From: Ascidiella aspersa
Lineage: Eukaryota
DNA length: 64,000 bases
Reading direction: 5' to 3'
Assembly (NCBI GenBank): GCA_963924565.1
Contig: OZ004608.1
Span: 29,326,001 to 29,390,000 of the forward strand
Made by a program: the position numbers and the translations under genes. How positions within the stretch are numbered: position 1 is the stretch's first letter; each line of letters starts with the position of its first letter. Below the pieces are notes generated by a model, which saw only the letters and a program-made list of their open reading frames with translations, was not told the origin of the DNA and did no database searches. Below, in pieces: positions 1 to 12,000 of this stretch.

Positions 1-208
1 CGTTAGGTGGCCCGTTACACTAAACACATCCCACTTGCCAAAATGGCCATTAGCCCACCTGTCTCCTACATAGCAACCCCGTTATGATTCAGAGAACGTT
101 GACTACACAAGTGTAGGCTACGAATTTAGAAGTATAAAGTAACACATTGATTTTAAGTTAACACATAAAAAGCGTAATAGAACCATTTAAACTGCAGGAA
201 TTAGTTAG

Positions 209-630
209 CAGTGTTGTAATGACTTAAGTCAATAACTTGACTTAAGTGCACTTAAGTCACTGTTTTTAAATGACTTGACTTGACTTAAGTCTTTTGGACA
301 AAAAGACTTGACTTGACTTAAGTCTTTTGGGCAAATGACTTGACTTGACTTAAGTCATTTGGACAAATGACTGGGTTAAATTTAATTGTTTTAATTAAGC
401 AATTAATTATAAAGTTGCGTTATTTATCCTAATCTTTGCACATAAAAGAATTTGCTTGTTATTATCTGCTTTGTGTTATTTTTGACTTGAGTTGCTCATA
501 ATAATCGGAGGAGTTTGCCGGTTTTCATAATTTAAAGTTTTATTTTTTTGACAAGGGCTGGACTTGAAGTTGACTTGCTCTAATTATGACTTGGACTGGG
601 ACTTAAGTCATTACAAAATGACTTGCGACT
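209..630 (+). mobile_element. Truncated copy of GACTT-rich hAT-type MITE (family A)
   Basis: Begins CAGTGTTGTAATGACTTAAGTC and carries many GACTT/GACTTAAGTC subterminal repeats. It is the reverse-complement homolog of the complete copy at 15908-16355. No matching right end or TSD is visible. Confidence 0.75.
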
Positions 631-2639
631 TATAGGTTGGATACCACTGGCCTATAGGACTGGTTTAAACAGGCTTAACTTGTTCGAAACTGTCAGAATA
701 CAAAAATGGACTCAAAAAAACAACATTTTCATGAGAAACCAATAATTGAATAAACTTTCCTACATTTTAATAAACTGCGGAGTGTACGGTCACCGAAAAA
801 TTTAGATAACCAAAATCAACTCTGATATTTCCTTTACATGTTCTTCAATTTGCGAAAATAACTTACACTTTTCAAAACAAAAATCAATTGTTTTCAGTTT
901 AAATCAACTTGTTAGATCAGTGGTGGTTAACGTTTTTCTACCAAAGGACCAGAAATTGTGGTTGTCGGGAAAAACAAAACGTTTGTAAATATAAAGGAAC
1001 ACAAAAGGGCCTCGTTTGAAAAAAAAATCATCTAGTGAGGATTTGTACACAATATGGAGCTATAGCGATATAACAAAGATTTTAGTATAGCATGAAAATT
1101 TTACATGAACTAATTTAACACCTTGTAAGAAATGTGTTAATTTCTAAAGGGTCTTACATAAACGTTTTTGGCATTTTATTGTTGTTGTGCGACTTTTCTG
1201 TACAATTTGGCAATGGTTTAAAAATATAACGGATCGTCAAGAAAATAAAAAAATCATAGATAGTGTATATAGTTTTAAATAACCCAACATGATATGTAGT
1301 TCTAGTGAACAACAGTTTTGACCCTAAGGGAGAGGTAAAATATAGGAAATTATAACGGATAAACATACTAAAAATTGAAGTAGAAGATAATTCACTAAGA
1401 TCATCTCTTTTTTTCGTTTTGACACCGAAGGTAAAACATGAAAAGAATGCTCACATGTTTCGTTAAGGTTGGTAGCGATATTTGTCCTATTGTAAAACTG
1501 AAAAAACAAGCGGAACTGTTAATGATCTGGTATAGTGTTTACATTTGATGAGTTTTCGCACAACCGACAAATTTAATTATTAATTTCGTACGTTGAAAAT
1601 TTGGTTTTTTATTATACGAAAGGAGTTGGAAGAGTGTTTGTATATCTAGCCACCATTTTACCAACAATTAAATAAAAAGTATTTATTTACAGCACAATGT
1701 AGATTAGTAAAAATTGGAGGGCTAACTAACTTTACTATAATGCGTTTAAATATCCCTCAACCTTATAACGAACCATTGAGCTCCAATCAACTCCAAGGCC
1801 TATAAAGATAAACTTCCTTTTTTAAACTAAAGTAGCACAAATATAAAACTAAATCAACTTGTTTCATTAAAAACATTCACTTCTGAGTCCAACTTACTGT
1901 GGTCAAGTTATACCACGAAAAAATATTACTAAATCGGCTAAATAAAAAAGGGAAAGTTTTTGAACACTCTTTTATAGTTTGACTATACTTATTTGCCGTA
2001 CACTAACTCAAATCCTGAATCCACCAATAACCGTGCTGTACTTCATATAGTATCAAGCATGGCCATAAAGGGGATATTTAGGTATAGCGTACATAAAACG
2101 AAACTCGATCTGTAGACCTAACCAAAATGCTGTCTTTGGTATCTGCTTTGCATAAACACAAAGCTTTTTTACACTTATTGTTTCAAAAGAGGTCGTGCTT
2201 TCTGAGTGTCCGATTTTCGTTTGGTAGCTTAGTTTCATGATGTGAAACATAACACTAAGAAACCAAAGGGGAATCAGATTCATAGGATGACCCTCTTCAA
2301 AATTGGCCGTTTTTCATAAGTCTTTTATTAATTAAAAATACTTCTAAGAATAAGAAACATATCGTAAAACGTCTATAAAACTCATTGAGCGTAATTCAAT
2401 AACACAATAAGTAACTTTTATTTATCCGCATTTTTTCTATTTGATTAAGTAACTTAATACTTTAAGCGTTTCGTAGGTATAAAGACTCCTGTTTTACAAC
2501 GTCCGGATTTTCCATTACAACTCTCATCCAACATATTTAGCAGAACGTATCGAGAGTAATGCTTTCGGAAGTAAAATATAGTCTAAGCAAAAGTATGCAA
2601 CCTTGCCCTTTCTTCGCCGCTCGCGCAAATTAATCGCCC

Positions 2640-2890
2640 ACCGCCGAGGTAGAAATCGTTTTCCGCCTTTTGCATCTCCCCCTCGTTCCGGGAAACCTGA
2701 CGTCACAGCTCGATGAGGGCTTCCGTAAAGGCACCGCAATGACGCCCGGCGCACTAACTCCCGCGCGCTTTTTACGACGCATCTCGGTGCGCCGATCTGA
2801 TGAAGATGAGCTTGAGGCGAGAGATTGGAGGCGCAGGGCTCGAAATGTTTCCCAAGAATAGACGATGATCTTTGTTCCCAGAACCTAACT
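2640..2890. promoter_or_regulatory. GC-rich putative enhancer with STAT (GAS) and CRE motifs
   Basis: TTCCGGGAA 2686-2694, perfect CRE TGACGTCA 2698-2705, TTCCCAAGAA 2849-2858, TTCCCAGAA 2875-2883 and an inverted CCAAT at 2824-2828, in a CpG-rich island within AT-rich DNA. No convincing protein homology in any frame. Confidence 0.4.
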
Positions 2891-4888
2891 TTTATGTGGA
2901 CAGCCTGCGAAAACATGTCTTCTTGGGACTCAGTGGTTCCCAAACTTTTTCTTTATTGTTATTTCTGTGACCCAAAACGAATTTAGTCAATTCATGACAA
3001 AAAGTATAAAATGATGGCGTTTCAGTCCACTGATCTATTTACTAAACTATTTAGCTATATTCGAGTTCCAAAATAAATTAATCAACCAATCTTGTCTTGT
3101 AAACTTTAACGTGATTGAATAAAGAAAGTAACTTGAATGCCGTCAAAACTGCTTATGATGCAATAACTGAAAAAAGTAACAAAAAGAAAGGCTTCCATTG
3201 ATATTTTTGTCACTCTTGCATCTTCCCTTCTTTACCTTTCTTGGTTGGGGTCCGTCTCAAAATAAGAGATTTTATCAGTTGGATAACTTTTAGAACAGTT
3301 GGGTGTCACTCGTTTTCACTATTTAAAAAAATACATTAAGAACGTATATGGCGAAATAGGATATCTTGTTTCTTTGAGGGTAGCAATAACTACTATAAGC
3401 TGAAATTTCTAGACTTTATGTGTTTAATGTCCTACAGAGCATAACGTAAACCAATTTTTTCCAAAACGATTTTTCAACTATTTTTGCGTGAATTTCTGCA
3501 CCCATGACTGATTAATTATTTTTAGGGTATGGGTTGTTTACCATGTACACGAAGATTGTTTGTTTCTTCTGTTTAGTGATGTAGTGTCATAATAAGAAAT
3601 GATCCGCGTGAATAAAATGGCAATTAATAAATAGGTTAACATTTGAAAACACTGTCAATTTACTACGTCGAAGCAGTATTTCGACTTTTTGGTTGTTCGG
3701 TATAATGAAAAGCAAAACGTCGTTAAGAGCCATATAGGTCATGAAAATCATGGAACAACGGTTTTTGACAAATTAAACTAAAATAAAGCAATTGTTTGGC
3801 GCAAATCCCTGTCATTTTCTTAGAGAAATCATAAAATATAAAGTTATGACACTTCCACACACATCAAACTTAAAAACATGCCGTTCATCAATTTGTCCTA
3901 AGTTTTGAAGCTAATAGATGGGTTTAACTGCAAGTTGAAAAATGACATTTGCGCCTCAAGAGATTTTTCAGGTAAATGGTGATGCTGGGTAGAACAATGT
4001 GTAAGACTTGAACATAAAAAGTTATTTTTCTAATAACGCTAGTGCCAAAACATGAATTGAATACCGATTTGGATGCGTATGGTCGAACAAACCATACCGA
4101 AACGCTTCTTTTAAATATATACAACCCAACAAAGAATTGGGATAATTTTGATATGTTTATAAATAATCCACTAGGTTGCAGAGAATATTGTTTCGCCGTA
4201 ATTTGTTTGTTTTTCCTGCGTCACAAAAATGGCGTATTCCCAAAGATAAAACAAAAAACTTCTCAGCCTTTCAAAATGGTGGCTTATTTTCTGCAGTTCA
4301 ATAAACATTTGTGTGGCGCATTCCTTGCGCGACAAAAACGTCAAAATTTCTAAAAAAAAATTGGGTAGACCCTGTGTGAAAAATATCAATAATCATAAGT
4401 AAAGCTAATCAACAAATAATTTCGACGAAAACAAAATGTCCTCGAACCAACCCATATGGATCAAACAGATGTTGAATTCGTATCACATCGGACTTATTTA
4501 ACTATAGGCGGGGACATTATTCAAAGAGAAGCACCTGAGCATATAAAACTTTACGTTTCACTTCTCCAAACTAAAATGGCTGCTTATTTTAAAGTCAAGT
4601 AAAACAGCTGCAATATACAAAAGAGAAACAAAACTGAAAAACAAAAAACATTGTTTAGCACAGGAGTGCATTCATGAAAGATCTAATCTTTTAAATAGCA
4701 GTTCAAATAATTATGTGCGTTTTATTGGCGAAAATTGACTGAAAAAAAATACATCATGCTCTGGCCTTACAGTGATGTCCAATGCAGTCCGTCTATGAAA
4801 TAAAATCACAGTCCTTAGCAGGTATTGTAGTACAAAAATACTGCGGGGTAAAGTGATTTACAAAATTACTGCAAGGTAACTCACTTAC

Positions 4889-5350
4889 CTCGACACAATA
4901 TACATTACGAACATTTTTTACTGTAAAGTCTAATTAAGGTTTGTGAAAACCAGCATTCGAGATCAATATCATTACAATGCTTCCCAGAAGCAGAAAAGTG
5001 TTTCACGTTAAAACTTACCTTTACTTTTCGACGAGCGCGCGCCATTTTCGAAAGCCCACACAAAGACCATGCGGCACAAGGAGCGGACGCATCACGCGCT
5101 CAAGAACGGCATCATTCAAGATCCAACTTTGTGACGTAACACACACCGTTTAGCACGCGCGCCTGGCAAAATGAAACAGTCAACGCAAAAGGCGCTGGCT
5201 GAAAGTTCAGACGCCGCGCCAATTTTCTCACGACCCCGCGCAAATTCTGCCCTAAAACCCAGCCCGTTCCGGCAAACCGTAGACTGGGCCAGCGGGTGGC
5301 CTGGCCTGAGTTTTTGCTGCCAGTCGAAATGTGCTGGCAAACTCTAACAG
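4889..5350 (-). promoter_or_regulatory. Promoter and probable first exon(s) of an unidentified leftward gene
   Basis: CpG-rich block with YY1 motif GCCATTTT 5041-5048, CRE-like TGACGTAA 5132-5139, CCAAT 5219-5223 and GAS TTCCCAGAA 4981-4989. Minus-strand consensus donors AAG|GTAAGT (exon end 5019) and GAG|GTAAGT (exon end 4889). Confidence 0.4.
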
Positions 5351-8300
5351 CGTCACGAGGCTTAAAATGAATACACTTCCATTACACTTCCATTACATTT
5401 TTTGCCAGGAAAATCACAACACCAAATTGTCCAATGTTCGGCTTATTAAAAGTGCTCAAGTTGAATAGGAAAGTCAGCTTAAAAACTAGGAAAACCAGCT
5501 CTATATATAGAAGAGAAAAACCTCTACTACAACGCTGGGCAACCACTACTGGGAGCTAACTCTATGCGATGCTCCCGCGCCGTCAATAGATTTACGATCT
5601 TCGCTGAGTACGCAGATTTCAACGGCAAAAAACGGTTCACAACGGAAGGGGTGCTGTAACAGAGGCTCCTTCACTGCACGATACTTATTGTAATTTGTTT
5701 AAAAAAGAAAAGTTCCAATAGACAATGCAAATTTTTATACAAGTTTCTATTATAGCTTAGTTCGATATTTTTATTTCCATTAAGCTGAGATTACATTTTC
5801 AAGCTATGCCACAGAACTTTCGTTACATTTGTAAGAAACTTTGCATTATTAAAATTACTGGATTACTGCTGCAAGCTTGCTAAAACAAAGATTTTACCAT
5901 AAATGAGAATTTATCGTGTACACTTGTATATCAATCACTTACATGATTTGCAATTTTTATATTTTTTTAACAAAAGCATGAAATCTTATTATATTGTAAA
6001 ACTTCAGCTGTTTTTTGCTCTATGCAGTTATATTAAAGAATATGTACTACGATAAATTGTTATCGGTGTACCAAAGCTTGCTTTTGTACGATGAGCAGCC
6101 GGAAAATAATACGATTTTTTTTACGTTTTATGCCCTCAAGAAAGTTGCACAGCATTTTTATTGCGCCGTGTGGAAAACGGGAAACTTTTACACATCCCAA
6201 AAATTACAACTTTTAATCGCCTTACCAAACGCGCAACACAAACAAACCTTACAAAACATTTCAAGCAAAAAAACAAATCTTGCCAAAAACCAAGCGACTG
6301 AAAACCTCGTTTCGGTTAACGCCAAATTTTCGTGCAAAATCTGAGGCAGCGTGTACAGCGGCCGACGGATTATATATACCCCCGTCTTCATGTAAACTCC
6401 CACCCAATAAAAGCGTCACGTTGTGCGTCGACGTCGGTCGAAATAGACTTCTCGACCAAACTTCGGTTGTCACAACACATATTCTGCCTCGTTAAACCTT
6501 CCGCTTTTGTGTTACGCATCGCAATTCTCTCAAGATTTCGTTTATGTTTAGCGGCATAATGGGCGCCCGACTAAAGGCAAACTTCTCCTTTCGCAAACCG
6601 TTGCCGGGAAATAAAAACCTTGTTTTGAGAAAGCGTTAATGGCCTTGGCTGCGTTGACCTTCTTTTAACATAAACCTTGAGTCTTTCATCCTCGCAATAA
6701 ACGACCTAATGCTGTAGGCTAAACTAAAACAATTGCGTAGCTGTTTGCTTTTTTAGCAAGCAAATTTATGGATTTGCGTAACCGGTAACTGTACTCAACC
6801 TTGGCAGTTTTTAATTTCCAACTGACATTTTAAATATTAATTCTCTAAACCAAATCAAAATAAATAAAGATGGTATTTTAAAATAAATAATCAGTTGATT
6901 CAATATCGTTTCAACAAAAGTGATAAAATTAATATTAATCCTAAAGCAAAGTTAAAGACAGTTGGTTAGGATTGTTGCCGACAAATTTTATACATATCTG
7001 TTTTAAATATTATATAGTGGATATCCTAAAATTAATTTCAACTCGTGTGGGAGAGTAACGGTTAAAGAAGAGTTAGAATGCGCCAATGAAAATTTTTAAA
7101 TCGAATATTTTAGGCTTCATCATACAACTATTTTTTTAAGGTTGATCATGTAACGCTCGATCTGGACCTTAGCTGTTGTAATTTACTGAAACATTTATAC
7201 TTACGTGTGTACGAAGGCTCCCGGTATACTTCTGCTCTGAAATATTTCGATTTTGAACGATTTCTTGGAGCCACAAATAAAGTTTATAGAGCAATATTTA
7301 TAACATATTTATAGTCGAAATTAACATTTTTTTAAACAATTTTTCATTATTAAAAAAATATATATTATTGTTTAACGGTGGATTGTGGCATATATGCAAG
7401 CATGTGCAAACCAAGACTTAAACAAGATATCCCGAAAATAAATTTTCGGCCCATATAATAACGGTTAAAAAGTGTAAATAACTTTTAAAAATACTTATAC
7501 TGAAAATTAAAAAATACGAAAAACTATACATTTTTACATTTGTACATACAGATCAACGCCCAGATGAATCTTAGTTACTTTTACTGTAAACCAAACTTAT
7601 CGTAGAAAAATCAGTTTCTTCAGTTGTACTCTGAAAGGTTACATATGACCGTCCGGACCTGCCATTCGTTAATACACATTTAAAACAACTTCCAAGGTTC
7701 TTTATACCCACAAAACAGAACCTAATCTAATCTGATTAAACAAACAGAATGCACTTTGCGATTTACTCGACTTGATTACGTTCGAACGCTCGGACGATTA
7801 TGACCAAACAATACCTCAACGTTTCAGTGCGCGCAAATCCGCCATTTATGCCTGCAATATACTTACCCCATATGCCAGTCTAATCACCATATTGCTTGCG
7901 GTAAAAGTGAAATCTGTGTCGCAAAACAGTGCACCGCTGCTTTTCGGCACGGTTCACAATTGTGCCAAGGCGAGACTTAAATCTGCTTCGTTAGATTTAA
8001 TGCCAAGATTATCCATAGTTTTTTCTTTTGCTCCTTGGCGTTATTTTGCCGTATCGTTATTTTTAAACTTGATTGTTTCAGTGTTTTCTGTAAATTAACA
8101 TTTATTGTTTTAATTCATTACATAAATAAAAATAAACAAATACATTGTGTCACTTTTTTATTTGCATGTGAAAATACCAAGTTTTTTAGAAAAAATGACC
8201 GGATACTCCTAAATGAAAGTAAATTAAAGAACAACCTCACCTTTTTGAAGGTCCTATATTTAGCTTTAGAGGATAAACCAGTCGTCATAAAATCATAGTG

Positions 8301-9041
8301 ATATGTGCATGCCGATTGCATTGTGATAATCGACGATGGCGATGCGACCGGATAGCAAATGTTAATTATTTACAAGGTTATCACAGCAGACAAATCCCAG
8401 TTCTGAGGGCTGCTTAACAGCACTTATGGTTAAGTGGCAATGTTGAAAGTTATCAAGTGAAGGTAAAACCTTTGGAGTTGCAATATGATCGCTTGATGTT
8501 TATGTATTTATGCTGAAAGTCTATCGATACGTTTTACAAGAGGCAGTGAGTTCATGATTGCGTGCTTTAATTGCTATAACAGTATAAACTATCGAGGAAA
8601 AAACTCAAAGATAAGCAAGCACTACAAAACGAATCTTTAAAAGCAATACTACTATCGAACGTTACTTGAACATTATGACTTAGTTGCGATTAACTTAGTC
8701 CAAAAACCTTATAAAAACATATAAAACTGGACAAAACATGGCGCCTTAATAACTTGTTCACATGGTGTGTAATACTGAATAAAACAAGTTAAGTGGGTAA
8801 CTGGATGGGTAGGTTATTTACATTGGCTGGAATGCTGTATATTATGTATGCATAACGAATACATGCATATGCAAGATAACTGTAACAGTCGTTGTTAATA
8901 TTAAATTTTTTGATGATGTTTTCACATTGTAGCGCCTTTAAAATTATGTAGTGTTTATAAACAAAAAAACGTATTACGTAAATTTACAGAAGGTAACCAG
9001 CGTTCGTGACGTATAACTGTTTACATAACGTTGTTGAGGTA

Positions 9042-12000
9042 ATGGCGAAAAAATGGCTTGTCTGGGTGTTTGCCGCTATCGTACTAACTGCTGGAATTGT
9101 GATGATCAGCCTTGGCTCCAGCTACTTCGCTAAGTACGGCCCGCAAGAGACAACGTCAAGCGAAAACATGGAAGTTTCAATTGATATGGACTTTTATAGG
9201 GTAAGTGGTAAATGGTCTGGGTGGCCAGAATAGTAACAAGATATGAAACTTTAGCTTTGAGTAACAGACTTAGTCGATTGATTTAGTTTTTAGGTATGTA
9301 ACTATACGCTTATGCATTAGGGTAGGCTACGCCATGATAATACAACAACCTATTTTGAAGTACCTAGCGTTTCTTCAACTTAGGGGATTTTACACAAGTT
9401 AGCTATATGTGGTTGCAAAAAAACGTTTGTTAGCTGCTTATTTTAGAAAAAGAATTTTTTCCAGAGCAGCACGTAGCTGAATTCACACAAATCAAACTAT
9501 TAATTATCATCATTTAACTGTTTTAATTGTCTCTTTACACATGCTTCGAATATAAGGATGGTTTTGGCAAAACACATGTGTAAGTTATGTTTAAGCTAAA
9601 CGACAAAGTGGGTAAACTTTGCTCGCAACCGTAAGTAAATAAAAAGAGCAAGATATTTTCCACACATTTTTTAAAGATATACTGTATAACGATAACTTCA
9701 CAGTCTATCTATTGCAAAAAACAATCACTGAAAATTGTTGAAGCGTTAAAACGAAAAATTGTTGTCATTTCCTTGGCAATGCTTGAATCCCATGGTGTAT
9801 TGCAATGTTTCTTAATCAGGTAAATGGTTTACCCAAGGGTGAATAAAATTTTTGCGGGGTCAGGGGTTGAACAAAACTAGAAAAGTTTAAGAAGCACTGG
9901 TGTATTGTGTAGCGTAGTGCCATATAGAAAATTTTTGTACATAGATCTATTACAAGCGGGGCGAAGACGTCGTTTTGTCGGCGCACCTAATCCGAAACAC
10001 AACTGGAAGGCAAAGTTTGACGGCGGAAGTGGAAAGTGCAGCAGAGTGCGAAAGCGTTGCGACGATTTGCAAGAGATTCAATTTCGATGCGGACAAAGCC
10101 ATGCAGCTGGAAGTAAAGGAACTGGCGGTACATGGTTGTTAAAAAAATGTTTTTTCAACCTCCTTAAACCTATAATAGTGATAAATTAACGTTACAAAGA
10201 AACGAAGGCTTATTTTCTAATTCCACAGCAGAATAACGGTATTATTTGCGCTGATGTATGTCTTCTAGCGCTATTTTGCCTATTTTGTAAAATTGTTTTA
10301 ATCCACAGTCGTCGTGCACAATCGCACACTCGAGAATTCTAGTTTTGCCAACCAAAGCGATATGATTGCTATTTTTATGCTTTTTGCGAATCGATAACAT
10401 CTTTGTATGAAAGAAACCACAGTATTTTTAAAGTTTCGTCTTTAAAACGTCATGTTTAGACGTAACTTGGTGACGTCACGGTACTACGCCATCTCTGAGA
10501 AAATAATGATGCCTCCACCCATACCAACAACCTAGGACAGCGCCTGGTAGGGAGATCTACTGGCTGATAACCGCATTAACTCTAGCGGCCATTGCGATAA
10601 GCTTTACAGAACGTGTCGCTTGTGTTGGTTTTGTGCAAATAAGTTTTACCCTTGCTACAGGAGTGTGCTGCAATGCATACTCAATGGCTGTTATTACATA
10701 TTTGGTTCGCCTGATTCGTTTTCATGTAACGCAATCGTGTATTGTGCAATGGTGGTTATTTATAATACCGAACGTACGCCCTAAAAGGAACAAATGTCCG
10801 GCAAACCTGTACACTAGGTGTGATGCCCCGTTTTACAAGAAAATATTTAAGGTGGTGTATTACACGGTGTCCATGTTCATAGATTACCAGATATATTTGC
10901 GTATTTTTCGTCATACTATATGGGCTATCAACTCCCATGATTAATTTTGGAGATTTTATTGCGTTGTTATACTTCGTTAACTTACGTTAGTATTCTGAGA
11001 TTTTCCAAATGTAGATTGTACCCGAACGGCTAACGGTGGGCAAACCCCTAAATGGGTACAAATAGAAAAATTTGGGACATCATTAATTTTAACAACGTTG
11101 TTCGGGCCACAGAGAATGATGTGGCTGGCTAGCACACGTGGGCCTAGGTTTGGAGTTCAATCAGACTGGTTAATTTAAAGTAAATACGCATTTCTTGCTC
11201 GTTAGGTAAAAAACTAATTTTGTATCTAGTAAATGTCTGTAAAAACACAAGTCAGAAATGTCAAAATCGCGCTCTCACAAATTCCTGTAAAGTTTTTTTT
11301 GCGAGAAGCAGTGGTCGATTTTCTAGGTTGAACAGTACTTTTAACCTGTGGGTCGCCACTTAATAGTAGGTCGGTTTAAGATTGTAGTAGGAATATTGAT
11401 AAGATTGCGTTTAGCTTTTTACTTTTGTGCCCCAGTCTTTAGATACGTTTTGCTATCATTCGTATAAAAACAACAAAATTTGATAAAATCAAAATATTAA
11501 ATCGAATGGTATGGTTATGATATTTGTTTTTATATTGCGAAAAACGGTGCATTACACCCAAAGTTTTTGCTTCTATTTTCTATAATCGCCTCGCGACACA
11601 ACGGTTGCGGAGTAATGAAGTTTCAAAAACAAAAATAATGTATTTTGTATATTGACGAGACATCTTGTATTCTCAATAGTCCGAACATCCAGAAGTGACT
11701 TGCTACGAAACAACGTGGACAAGTGACAACGCTGAGCTGGAGCCGGCAGATTGCTTTCCAATGACTGACTATTGGTTTGGAGGAGCCGAAATGTATTTCC
11801 AGGACTGGCCTATTAACAGGTAACCAATATCGAACTAAGCAATACCTTTAGACACAAGAATAATCTATAGTTCCCCATTCACTAGTAAAAGTATACCGGT
11901 AGCCTTTGGAAAGGCAATTACGAAAATCAGTTGACCGAAATTGCTATGCAAGCAAGGCAAGGTTTCACCTGAGGTAAGAACTCACGACCTCGGTCACACC

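Noticed and set aside
1-120. Possible exon at the left edge
   Set aside because: The frames are short or interrupted by stops and no motif is recognisable. It cannot be assigned without flanking sequence.
2524-2943. 139-aa minus-strand ORF over the GC-rich island
   Set aside because: Starts at a non-ATG codon inside a MITE end and has no recognisable homology. It is better explained as regulatory DNA.
10525-10545. RE1/NRSE-like motif ACCTAGGACAGCGCC
   Set aside because: Only the right half matches, and it sits at the end of a dispersed repeat similar to 20850-20960.
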